Virus record (IMG/VR): IMGVR_UViG_3300010348_001841
Length of the DNA: 64,000 bases
Direction: 5' to 3' (one strand)
Source of the DNA: a virus
Taxonomy: Duplodnaviria; Caudoviricetes
Shown piece by piece: positions 20,210-28,039 of the stretch. The notes below the pieces were generated by a model. That model was not told where the DNA came from, ran no database searches, and was given only the letters and a program-made list of their open reading frames with translations. The number at the start of each line of letters is the position of its first letter. Within the stretch, counting starts at the first letter, position 1. The position numbers and the translations under genes are program-made.

Positions 20210-20782
20210 ATGCATAAAAAGACTGATATCCAAGATTTAGACATCCCTAAGGATGATATTGAATGCTGGGAAAGATATCCTAAACATCATTGGGTATACG
20301 ATCTTTCAAGATTGCTCGATGCTCAAAATATAAAATGGAGTCCTTATGAGACTGAATCTCTGCCTGATAGAGAACTAAACATGAGCTTAGAGACATCACA
20401 GACATGTGTTCGTCAGCCCGGTTATATCTTTGTAAAAAAGCCAAATTTAGAGGCAACTATAACAGAAGTGTATGTTACAAAGGGGGAGATAAAACTCATG
20501 CGTCATATCGATTCTCTTACACGAAAAGAGTTACCCGGAATCAATGGCGAAATAGAACTACGCATTAGCGCATTTGTCACAATTTATTTTCAGAAGTTCA
20601 CAGGAGTCATCTCAGTAGAGTCATTGGGATCTGATATCTATTCAATGCGCCTAAAGCCATACTCAGACCTATCCCAAGAAACAAATGCAGAAGTTATAAA
20701 ACTCATAAAGCGCATGTTCAAGAAGACTGAAACAGTAATCGGTCTGAAAGACCGAGCCCTTCATGAATCACTCGCTTCGTAA
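20210..20782 (+). CDS. Hypothetical protein
   Basis: 190-aa ORF with SD GAGG; IPKDDIECWERYPKHHWVY resembles phage ATP-grasp-like proteins (weak). Confidence 0.6.
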   Translation: MHKKTDIQDLDIPKDDIECWERYPKHHWVYDLSRLLDAQNIKWSPYETESLPDRELNMSLETSQTCVRQPGYIFVKKPNLEATITEVYVTKGEIKLMRHIDSLTRKELPGINGEIELRISAFVTIYFQKFTGVISVESLGSDIYSMRLKPYSDLSQETNAEVIKLIKRMFKKTETVIGLKDRALHESLAS

Positions 20783-21275
20783 ACTACGCTCGCAATTCAT
20801 TTCGTGCTGTTTAGGAGAAAGAGAAGTTTTTTAGAAAATAATATTGACGGTGGAGTCAGAGAAAGGGTATCGTAGCAAAGCCTAAAAAGACAGTGCTACG
20901 ATACCCTTCATCTTAGATACTTGACAGCATCATCAGAGACTGAAACAGACTATTTTAGAAGCATTGGATTGATTATGTCAGCTTCTCGCTATTAGCGGCC
21001 TGTTAGGGGGACGAGTAAGACTACTTACACAAATCCTCGTGGTATATCGCAATTCCTCTTCAGCCAGTAATTGCACCACCTGCGGGCCATACCTTTCTTT
21101 CACATACCCACAGCAAATTTCATTTCACTTCACTTACGTAGGATGCATGGTACAGCCTGGTCAAGGGTCCGTCCTATTTCTTTGAAGTTTGCCATTGCAC
21201 ACCCAATGGACCTGGCTGTTGCGCTCCATTCCGAACGACACGCCGGCGAAATTATTACCTTGGCTCGCCAACCTT
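20763..21275 (-). ncRNA. Candidate large structured ncRNA or replication-origin RNA
   Basis: No credible ORF; at least eight hand-identified helices, several with G-U pairs that only form on the minus strand. Boundaries are approximate. Confidence 0.55.
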
Positions 21276-21454
21276 TATTGTGATTTAGTAATTAGAAAAA
21301 TTTGGATTTTATTTTTGAGACTTGGGTTTTGTGTATATAGAAAATTTTTGTGTAAACCTATACGCTGATGTCCTTGTACGTTCACGGGTCGCGTCACTCC
21401 CGCTATCTATTTTGAGTTATTGTGCTTGAACAACTTTTTGTTGTTACACTATTT

Positions 21455-21510
21455 TAGCCCTGCGAGCAAGACAGGGCTAATAATTTTGGTCACAGCATTG
21501 CACTGTGACT
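21455..21510 (-). terminator. Two hairpins downstream of the endolysin
   Basis: TAGCCCTG...CAGGGCTA (about 21455-21479) and GTCACAG...CTGTGAC (about 21489-21509). Confidence 0.55.
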
Positions 21511-22091
21511 TAGAACTCTCTTGTAGGATCTGAAACAAATGCTCGAAGTTCGTTTACGCGCCTCATCCAGCCATTGATAAATCTAGACTGCGAAGGATCC
21601 TTTGCTACAATGTTATTGTAGAATTGTTCACGTTGGAGACATACAGACTCACAAAGAAGAAAAACATCAGCTTCGTTTGCTGCTTTGAGCGTTACAGGAC
21701 CGATAGAACCATCGTCTGTTAGTCCAAGGGCACGCTGCAAGAATTTTGCTGCTCTACCAGGGCCGCTATTCACTGCAATATCAAAATGTAGTGCTGCATA
21801 ACGACCGGGCAATTGGTCACACTTTGATGCAAGCCAGTATTTCTTGTAATAGACATCTTTTGCTTCTGCCCATGTAAGATTTGTAATATCTAACTCTGGA
21901 TTTGCATTTTTTGCAACACCAAATTTAGTTTCACCGCCACGATCGAGTGGGTCGTTAACATATCCTACGGCTTTTTTCTGTGCAGGTGTGGAGATTAGAC
22001 CGGCCTCAACCTCTGGTGTTAATTTCCAGAAGCCACCGACTTCATACAACATTGCATGATCTACTGCTTTTTCGAATGCGGCTGAATACAT
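21510..22091 (-). CDS. Endolysin, glycoside hydrolase family 108 with peptidoglycan-binding domain
   Basis: EVGG...GYVNDPLDRGGETKFGV, YYKKYW, FDIAVNSGPGRA, LQRALG..DDG.IGP.TL, FINGWMRR. Confidence 0.9.
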   Translation of the reverse strand: MYSAAFEKAVDHAMLYEVGGFWKLTPEVEAGLISTPAQKKAVGYVNDPLDRGGETKFGVAKNANPELDITNLTWAEAKDVYYKKYWLASKCDQLPGRYAALHFDIAVNSGPGRAAKFLQRALGLTDDGSIGPVTLKAANEADVFLLCESVCLQREQFYNNIVAKDPSQSRFINGWMRRVNELRAFVSDPTREF

Positions 22092-22153
22092 CTTATTCTC
22101 CTTTGTTTCTACCTATTTATGGACCTAGATAAATAATGAAAACAGGGGTTATA

Positions 22154-22720
22154 ATGCCATCAAAAAGTAAAGCAAAAGGTAATGCATGGGAATTAGAAGT
22201 TTCTAAATTTCTAACAGACACCTATGGTGAGACGTTTATCAGAATACCGTCATCTGGTGCGTTTGTGGGTGGCAAGAATAATGTTCGAAAAGAGATGTTA
22301 GGCGACGCGCAACTACAGAGCAAGAAGGGTGATATTCATCCACCACAAGATTGGAAACACTGGAATATAGAATGTAAAAGCTATGCCGATTTCCCATTTC
22401 ATCAACTTTGGTATGCAGATGTAAAAATCCTCGACGCCTGGATTCAACAACAGAAGGACGTCGAGGATGAGGGGGATCTAAACTTGATCCTGATAAAAAT
22501 TACTCGAAAAGAAAAGTGGATTGTGTTCCCGGCAACTCTAGAATTTCAAACTTCTCGCTCATTTCTATATAAGGGTTGGCAATTTGTTCATTGGGAAGAT
22601 TTTTGGTCTCGTCCACAAAATCTGGCATTGGTGAAAAAATATTCGGTAGAAGGTGTGGATTTAACTGATAAAATTTCTCATCAGTCATCTGAGACAATTC
22701 ATCAAATGAGTCCAGCCTAA
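22154..22720 (+). CDS. Holliday-junction resolvase (PD-(D/E)XK)
   Basis: SKAKGNAWE, RIPSSGAFVGG, GDI..P, IECK.Y. Start moved to ATG 22154 (SD AGGGG; late promoter at 22128-22135). Confidence 0.8.
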   Translation: MPSKSKAKGNAWELEVSKFLTDTYGETFIRIPSSGAFVGGKNNVRKEMLGDAQLQSKKGDIHPPQDWKHWNIECKSYADFPFHQLWYADVKILDAWIQQQKDVEDEGDLNLILIKITRKEKWIVFPATLEFQTSRSFLYKGWQFVHWEDFWSRPQNLALVKKYSVEGVDLTDKISHQSSETIHQMSPA

Positions 22721-23216
22721 ACTTTTCAAACTGGTTAAAGTATCCAATCTTTGAATCTTTATATTTCTTTGGGCGCTTTTTACTCCAGGTAATAATGTAG
22801 CGTTTCTTACCTGCATTTTGCCCATAGCATTCTCTTGCCATGGACTTAGCATAATATTCTGGCAGATATAAAAAGGAAACCGCTTCGGGAGAAATAGGAT
22901 TAAAAATAGTTAATCTAATAGATCCCATTTTACCTTCTACATTTCCAATTTCAGCCTTGCCTGTTTTTATATTGACAGTTCCTGTCTTTGAATCCGAATT
23001 ATCGATATCATTGAAGTCGCGACCAGCTTCGTCAACAAAATCAAATTTTCCAGATTTAGCAATACTATGCTCTATGAGATTTTCTACATCTAATGCCTTA
23101 GGATAATTTTCTAATATTTTCAATGCACATTCCTGCATTAATATATCTTTAAAAATATCGAGCTTCTTAAAGATAATCTCGCGCATTAGTATTTGATGTT
23201 TTGTTGTATTATTCAT
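22500..23216 (-). CDS. Hypothetical protein, possibly nuclease-like
   Basis: 238-aa ORF coupled to the end of gp46; VENLIE...DFNDIDNSDSKT suggests a divergent PD-(D/E)XK core. Confidence 0.6.
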   Translation of the reverse strand: MNNTTKHQILMREIIFKKLDIFKDILMQECALKILENYPKALDVENLIEHSIAKSGKFDFVDEAGRDFNDIDNSDSKTGTVNIKTGKAEIGNVEGKMGSIRLTIFNPISPEAVSFLYLPEYYAKSMARECYGQNAGKKRYIITWSKKRPKKYKDSKIGYFNQFEKFRLDSFDELSQMTDEKFYQLNPHLLPNIFSPMPDFVDETKNLPNEQIANPYIEMSEKFEILELPGTQSTFLFE

Positions 23217-24987
23217 TTGTTTCTGTATTCTCGAGGCTTGTGAAACCGCCTTCCTTAACTACTTTCAGCACATTAGAAACTCTACCCACAAGTTCATCTC
23301 TGTGAGAGATTAAGAAAATATTTCTCTTATGCTCTCTACCCATCTTCTTCAAAATAGCCAGAGCCGATTCGACACCACTGGAATCAAGTCCAGAGTCAAT
23401 AAGTTCGTCAATGAATAACAGATTGATTTTATCATTCATTGATTCAAACACATCGCGGAACGACCAAGACAGTGATAGAATTAATCTTGTGCGTTCCCCT
23501 CTGCTTAGATTATCAAAGTCAAACTCTTTACCGTACATTGTGATTTCTACTTCTAGGTCAGATTTGAACTTCACTGCGTGAGGTAGACCAATGTCTAGCA
23601 GATAATGTGCTAGTCTGTGATTTAGATAGGCTAGGTTTTGATCAATGATCTTCTTACGAATAAAGCTATCTTTGTTGGTTAGTAACTTCAATAGGAATTC
23701 TTGATGATCCCTAAGTTTTACCAATTCATTAAGCTTTGTAAAATCAATTTCTTGTAGACCGTTTTTCTGTAAGGATTCAATTTGATCTACAAATGGATTT
23801 AGTGTAGATAATTCCTGTTCAAGGCTATTGCCCAGGGTGCTGAGCGTACTCTTATGATTGTATGCCTCATCGAGAGTTTCATAGAAAGTGTCCGGCATTG
23901 TAGGAATCATTGATTTTACAGACTCCACTAATGTCTTTACTTCATCCCTCTTTGCAATTTTTTCAGCAAGCTTTCTTGCTTCCTCTTCTTGTTGCTTTAG
24001 ATACTCGTCATGAACTGCCTTATGAGTATCCTTATCCATTTCTTGACTACATGTAGGACAGATTTTTTGAACAGAGGATGTGAGCAACCTTGCAATCTTT
24101 GCATTATTTTTGGTTGAACTTTCGACATCTTTTTCGAGTGCGGCAAGTTCTTTTGCCAGCGAGCGATATTCTGATGTTAAGTCCTCAATGTCTTTCTTAG
24201 ACTTGTGAGATTGAATTTCAACATCAATGTCTAACGAGAGTAACTCTGTAATAGACGCCCGGAGTTTATTGATTTTCTGTTCCTTGGACCTATCCCACGC
24301 CGATGACTTTGTAACCAGGCTTTGAATATTTGCCTCGATTCGCTTATTTGCCTCAGTGGCTGCAGAAATTCTAAACTCTTCCTCTTTAATCTCGTCTCGT
24401 GTAATCTTTGCTTCATCCTTTAGCTTTTCAGCTTTCTCAGAGAGTTTCGTAATACCGAGTAGTTGCTCAATAATCACACGCTGATCATTTGTCTTTAATG
24501 CAAGAAATGGCTCAACATAGGTATTCAATGCAAGAATGTGTTTGAACATGTCATGCGAAATACCGATAGTTCTCTCAATTTCTTCTTGGGTATGACGATT
24601 TTCGCCCTGTGCATCGTCAGTTTCGCCGGTAGTGTCGTCTTCTTTTTCTTCGCCGACAATGAACCTAAAGATACCGGGTTTGCGTCCGCGCTCAATTTTG
24701 TAAGATTGACCATTAATTTCAAACGTAAGGGTGACCAACATGTGCTTCATGTTGGACTTATTGATTAGGTTATCTTTCTTGATGTTGGTGAGCGCAGATC
24801 CAAACAATGCATAACTTAATGCATTTACAATTGTGGATTTACCTACGCCGTTTCTGTTATCATTGCCACCAAGGTCAAGATTTTCACCAAGTACAAGAAC
24901 AAGATCATCTTTACTGAAATTTATAGACTGAGTAACGTTACCGATACTCATGAAGTTTTTTATTGTTAACCCATTCAGTTTAATCAT
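23209..24987 (-). CDS. gp46: SbcC/Rad50-like recombination ATPase (gp46)
   Basis: IKNFMSIGN, Walker A NGVGKS, zinc hook CPTC, signature LSRGE, Walker B LLFIDE, ISH. Confidence 0.95.
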   Translation of the reverse strand: MIKLNGLTIKNFMSIGNVTQSINFSKDDLVLVLGENLDLGGNDNRNGVGKSTIVNALSYALFGSALTNIKKDNLINKSNMKHMLVTLTFEINGQSYKIERGRKPGIFRFIVGEEKEDDTTGETDDAQGENRHTQEEIERTIGISHDMFKHILALNTYVEPFLALKTNDQRVIIEQLLGITKLSEKAEKLKDEAKITRDEIKEEEFRISAATEANKRIEANIQSLVTKSSAWDRSKEQKINKLRASITELLSLDIDVEIQSHKSKKDIEDLTSEYRSLAKELAALEKDVESSTKNNAKIARLLTSSVQKICPTCSQEMDKDTHKAVHDEYLKQQEEEARKLAEKIAKRDEVKTLVESVKSMIPTMPDTFYETLDEAYNHKSTLSTLGNSLEQELSTLNPFVDQIESLQKNGLQEIDFTKLNELVKLRDHQEFLLKLLTNKDSFIRKKIIDQNLAYLNHRLAHYLLDIGLPHAVKFKSDLEVEITMYGKEFDFDNLSRGERTRLILSLSWSFRDVFESMNDKINLLFIDELIDSGLDSSGVESALAILKKMGREHKRNIFLISHRDELVGRVSNVLKVVKEGGFTSLENTETNE

Positions 24988-24990
24988 GCA

Positions 24991-26007
24991 TTATAGCCTG
25001 TCGTAAATTTCTATCAGTTTATTTGTATCAAAAGAATCACTATCAATGTTTGTTAACTGTTCAATAACAATTTGATCAACGGTTTGAAAAGTAATATCTC
25101 CGGAATAATCTTTCTCGAGTTCGTCTTCTTGATTGCGAATTAACTTAAATTCACGAACATCATATTGCTCAACAAATGTCTCTCTAAGAAATGTGGCCTC
25201 TTCGTAGGTAATATCTAAATCAAGCATTACCTGAAGGTATGTTTTGGGCTTTAGATATATCTCTGGATTTTCGAGAAGAGCTGATAGATTTATGTTGATG
25301 AATCGCGGACCATTTTCATAGTTCACGTATTCTGGTTCTTTATCCCATTCAAGGAACATTGCACCTCTATCAAAGTCCCAGACGTCAGAAAAGTTATGAC
25401 CAAAGGGATTACCGATATATTCGATATTTGATTTATTTTGTCTCTTATGAAAGTGTCCAGAAAAGACATAGTCCTGATGCTTAAAGTGAGATGTATTTAA
25501 TGCACCATGGTCAGGCATTTCTACCATAGCATTCATTTTGAAGCCGGGTAATTCAAGGTGTCCAAATAGATATTTGGTCTTAATCTCAGCCACTTCCTTC
25601 CATTCTTCATCTACGAGCCAAGGGATAAGTGCTACATCACCCTCAATGAATGGCTTATCAACAAGAACAATGTTTGGGAATTCGCTACCCACAACCATAG
25701 AGTGAATGTCACGCTTTTCTCTATAGAAAAGATCATGGTTCCCCACCATGACGTATGTTTTCTTAAAGCCGGCATTAAGCTTTCGCAGTGCCTGCATCGT
25801 ATAGTCGAGTGTAAGAATATTGATGTTTGATCGGTGATGGTGCCAGTCACCTAAAAAGAGGCACGTTTCCGCACCCCTTGCTTTTGCTTCTGCAATCAGC
25901 CAGTCAATAAAATCAAGGCAATCTTGATTATGCTGCTTCGAATTGTGTCTCAATCCAAAGTGTATATCGCTGAAGCATGCTACCTTCTGAAATAGATTAG
26001 TTGTCAT
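24991..26007 (-). CDS. gp47: SbcD/Mre11-like nuclease (gp47)
   Basis: SDIHFG, GDWHH, GNHD, GHLE, SGHFH metallophosphoesterase motifs. Confidence 0.95.
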   Translation of the reverse strand: MTTNLFQKVACFSDIHFGLRHNSKQHNQDCLDFIDWLIAEAKARGAETCLFLGDWHHHRSNINILTLDYTMQALRKLNAGFKKTYVMVGNHDLFYREKRDIHSMVVGSEFPNIVLVDKPFIEGDVALIPWLVDEEWKEVAEIKTKYLFGHLELPGFKMNAMVEMPDHGALNTSHFKHQDYVFSGHFHKRQNKSNIEYIGNPFGHNFSDVWDFDRGAMFLEWDKEPEYVNYENGPRFININLSALLENPEIYLKPKTYLQVMLDLDITYEEATFLRETFVEQYDVREFKLIRNQEDELEKDYSGDITFQTVDQIVIEQLTNIDSDSFDTNKLIEIYDRL

Positions 26008-26950
26008 CTCTTACGGAATCCTGTGCATCTTCACGAAGTCTTCTAATTTCTTCTTCAATTGCAAGTTGACGCGAGAAGCTCGGGCTTGCGCCACTGTCGA
26101 TTAATAGATCATCGCGTAGATCTTGATTCCTTTTTTCAAGGTTAAGAACTCTGGTAAAACTGTTAGAAACACTTGCTGTATAGTACGAGAATGGATTATC
26201 TGATTTATATTCATCAAACTGTAGACCCATCTGTGCAAGTTGTAGCAATGCCTGACCCTTCATTTCTTCAAGATATGTATAGCCACGCCAGTTACTTCTT
26301 TGAGCATACTTATTGACCATAAGTATGAACATTTTTGCAAGCTTGTTAGTAATAGATCCGCGTTCGAGATTGAATTTGCCATTCTTAGAATGCGATCTAC
26401 CAACTTCCTTAGCTACTCCATTCTCAATGATATAGTGCTTGAATGGTGCAAAATTTAGCTTCATGTAATTATCTGCTTCACTCTTTGGATTCTTTTTTCT
26501 TCCAGGCGCCAAAGGAATGTGCTCAAATGTTAAGACTCTGAAAACTAAATCATCAACTGAGATAGTCTCGGGTTTAATTTTAAATTCAGCCAAGCGCGGC
26601 TTATCGGCCTTTGTTGTGATAACAGTATTGGCCAAGGCTGCCTCGAAAGCCAAAACTGCCAGACGCGATGCCCTTGATGCTTTTGCTTCTTCTTGCTTCT
26701 CGGGGACAAAAATATCCTCAAGCTTCTCTACAATCAAGTCATAGTCGCCGTACTTCGGATCAATATATTCACTAAAAGAATTTTTACTTTTATGAATTTC
26801 GCGGAGCATGTCCTTGTTATTAAGATAATTGATCTTCTTTACAGGAGCAGCTATGACAACCTCTGGTTCAATTTCAGGCTCAATATCTTTGTCTTCTTCA
26901 ATATCCTCAATAATATCAAGGATATCTTCATCGTTCTCATTGTCAATCAT
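25997..26950 (-). CDS. gp55: Late-transcription sigma factor (gp55-like)
   Basis: NYLNNKDML.EI, NWRGYTY.EEM, FDEYKSDNPFSYYT..NSF.RVL..EK; upstream of gp47/gp46 as in T4. Confidence 0.85.
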   Translation of the reverse strand: MIDNENDEDILDIIEDIEEDKDIEPEIEPEVVIAAPVKKINYLNNKDMLREIHKSKNSFSEYIDPKYGDYDLIVEKLEDIFVPEKQEEAKASRASRLAVLAFEAALANTVITTKADKPRLAEFKIKPETISVDDLVFRVLTFEHIPLAPGRKKNPKSEADNYMKLNFAPFKHYIIENGVAKEVGRSHSKNGKFNLERGSITNKLAKMFILMVNKYAQRSNWRGYTYLEEMKGQALLQLAQMGLQFDEYKSDNPFSYYTASVSNSFTRVLNLEKRNQDLRDDLLIDSGASPSFSRQLAIEEEIRRLREDAQDSVRDDN

Positions 26951-26979
26951 TTAGAAATTCTCCAGAAATAGTTTTCGTT

Positions 26980-27008
26980 AGTATAGACGGTCTGTAACAA
27001 TTCGTCAA
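26980..27008 (-). promoter_or_regulatory. sigma70-type promoter of the gp55-47-46 operon
   Basis: TTGACG-17 bp-TATACT on the minus strand. Confidence 0.7.
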
Positions 27009-27067
27009 GGGTTTCAGGATAAAACCCTGTTTTATAAACCAAGATAAATAAGCAAAAGGAGACAAGC

Positions 27068-27751
27068 ATGCCACAACAAGACTTCCGTGCCCGCTTACAG
27101 CCAAAAGATATAAATTCTGCACAAGACATTCTTGGACCAAGGGATCCTTCTAACCTCCTGTTTCCTTTGTATCAAACAAATGGTGTCCTATTTCCTTATA
27201 CACCATCAGTGACAACTGGTAACGTCGCCGAATACGATCCGTCAAGCTTCATTCATTCGAACTACGGATACAATGCATATGTGAGATCATATCCTAAGCC
27301 AATCAGTATAACCGCCGAATTTACAGCGCAGACAAATGAAGAGGCCCTTTATTTATTGGCGGTCTTGCATTTCTTCCGATCCGTTACGAAATCTTATTTT
27401 GGTATTAATCCATATAATAAGGCAGGAACACCTCCCCCTGTTTTAATATTCAACTACCTCGGTGATTATCAATTTAATAATGTGCCGGTACTTGTAAAAT
27501 ATTTTGATTATACCTATGAAGCTAATATCGACTATGTTGCTGTGAACACATCTACGACAGGTGCAACGACTATTGTCGAAAATCGCCGTGTAAGTCTTCC
27601 ACCAGGTTCGTCGTCCGGATGGACTTATGTGCCGACACATATTACAGTTTCATTAGAATTAGATACTCAATATATTCCTATTCAGTTACGAAATGAATTT
27701 AATCTAGATGAATTTAGGACAGGCAAACTTATAAACAAAGGATATATTTAA
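27068..27751 (+). CDS. Baseplate/tail-tube initiator-like protein
   Basis: FPYTP, HSNY, GTPPPVL.FN..G..FNNVPV. First gene of the baseplate operon, late promoter at 27043-27050. Confidence 0.65.
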   Translation: MPQQDFRARLQPKDINSAQDILGPRDPSNLLFPLYQTNGVLFPYTPSVTTGNVAEYDPSSFIHSNYGYNAYVRSYPKPISITAEFTAQTNEEALYLLAVLHFFRSVTKSYFGINPYNKAGTPPPVLIFNYLGDYQFNNVPVLVKYFDYTYEANIDYVAVNTSTTGATTIVENRRVSLPPGSSSGWTYVPTHITVSLELDTQYIPIQLRNEFNLDEFRTGKLINKGYI

Positions 27752-28038
27752 TGGCACAAAATTCAAAAGATACAAGTCAATATCTCTTGACGCCAATTCG
27801 CGACTGGTATCTTGATGTTTGGGTTCCGCGAAATGTGCCTAAAAGTGACTTTGATAAGATAATTAGAATTCCACCGGAATTCAATCAACGCCCAGATCTT
27901 TTAAGTCAACAAGAATACGGAACACCGAGGTTGTGGTGGGTATTTTGCATGAGAAATCCGGATCTGATGAACGACCCAATTGAAGATTTTCTAGCCGGTC
28001 TTGAAATTTATATTCCTACAAATATTCTAAAGCAATAA
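27751..28038 (+). CDS. gp53: Baseplate wedge subunit, LysM-like (gp53-like)
   Basis: RPDLLS..EYGTPRLWWVF..RN..DPI.DF..G..IYIP. Confidence 0.85.
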   Translation: MAQNSKDTSQYLLTPIRDWYLDVWVPRNVPKSDFDKIIRIPPEFNQRPDLLSQQEYGTPRLWWVFCMRNPDLMNDPIEDFLAGLEIYIPTNILKQ

Positions 28039-28039
28039 C

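Noticed and set aside
20755-20941. Hammerhead-like arrangement on the minus strand (CUGAUGA-UGCUGU...ACAGCAC-GAAA-stem)
   Set aside because: It lacks the G10.1-C11.1 pair, the cleavage position would be G, and stem I is out of register. Kept only as helices of the ncRNA candidate.
20931-20950. TCAGAGACTGA resembling the group I intron R element
   Set aside because: No matching S/P7 partner and no interrupted host gene; the flanking genes are convergent and complete.
21071-21283. 70-aa plus-strand ORF in the non-coding gap
   Set aside because: TTG start without an SD and implausible composition; it overlaps the structured region.
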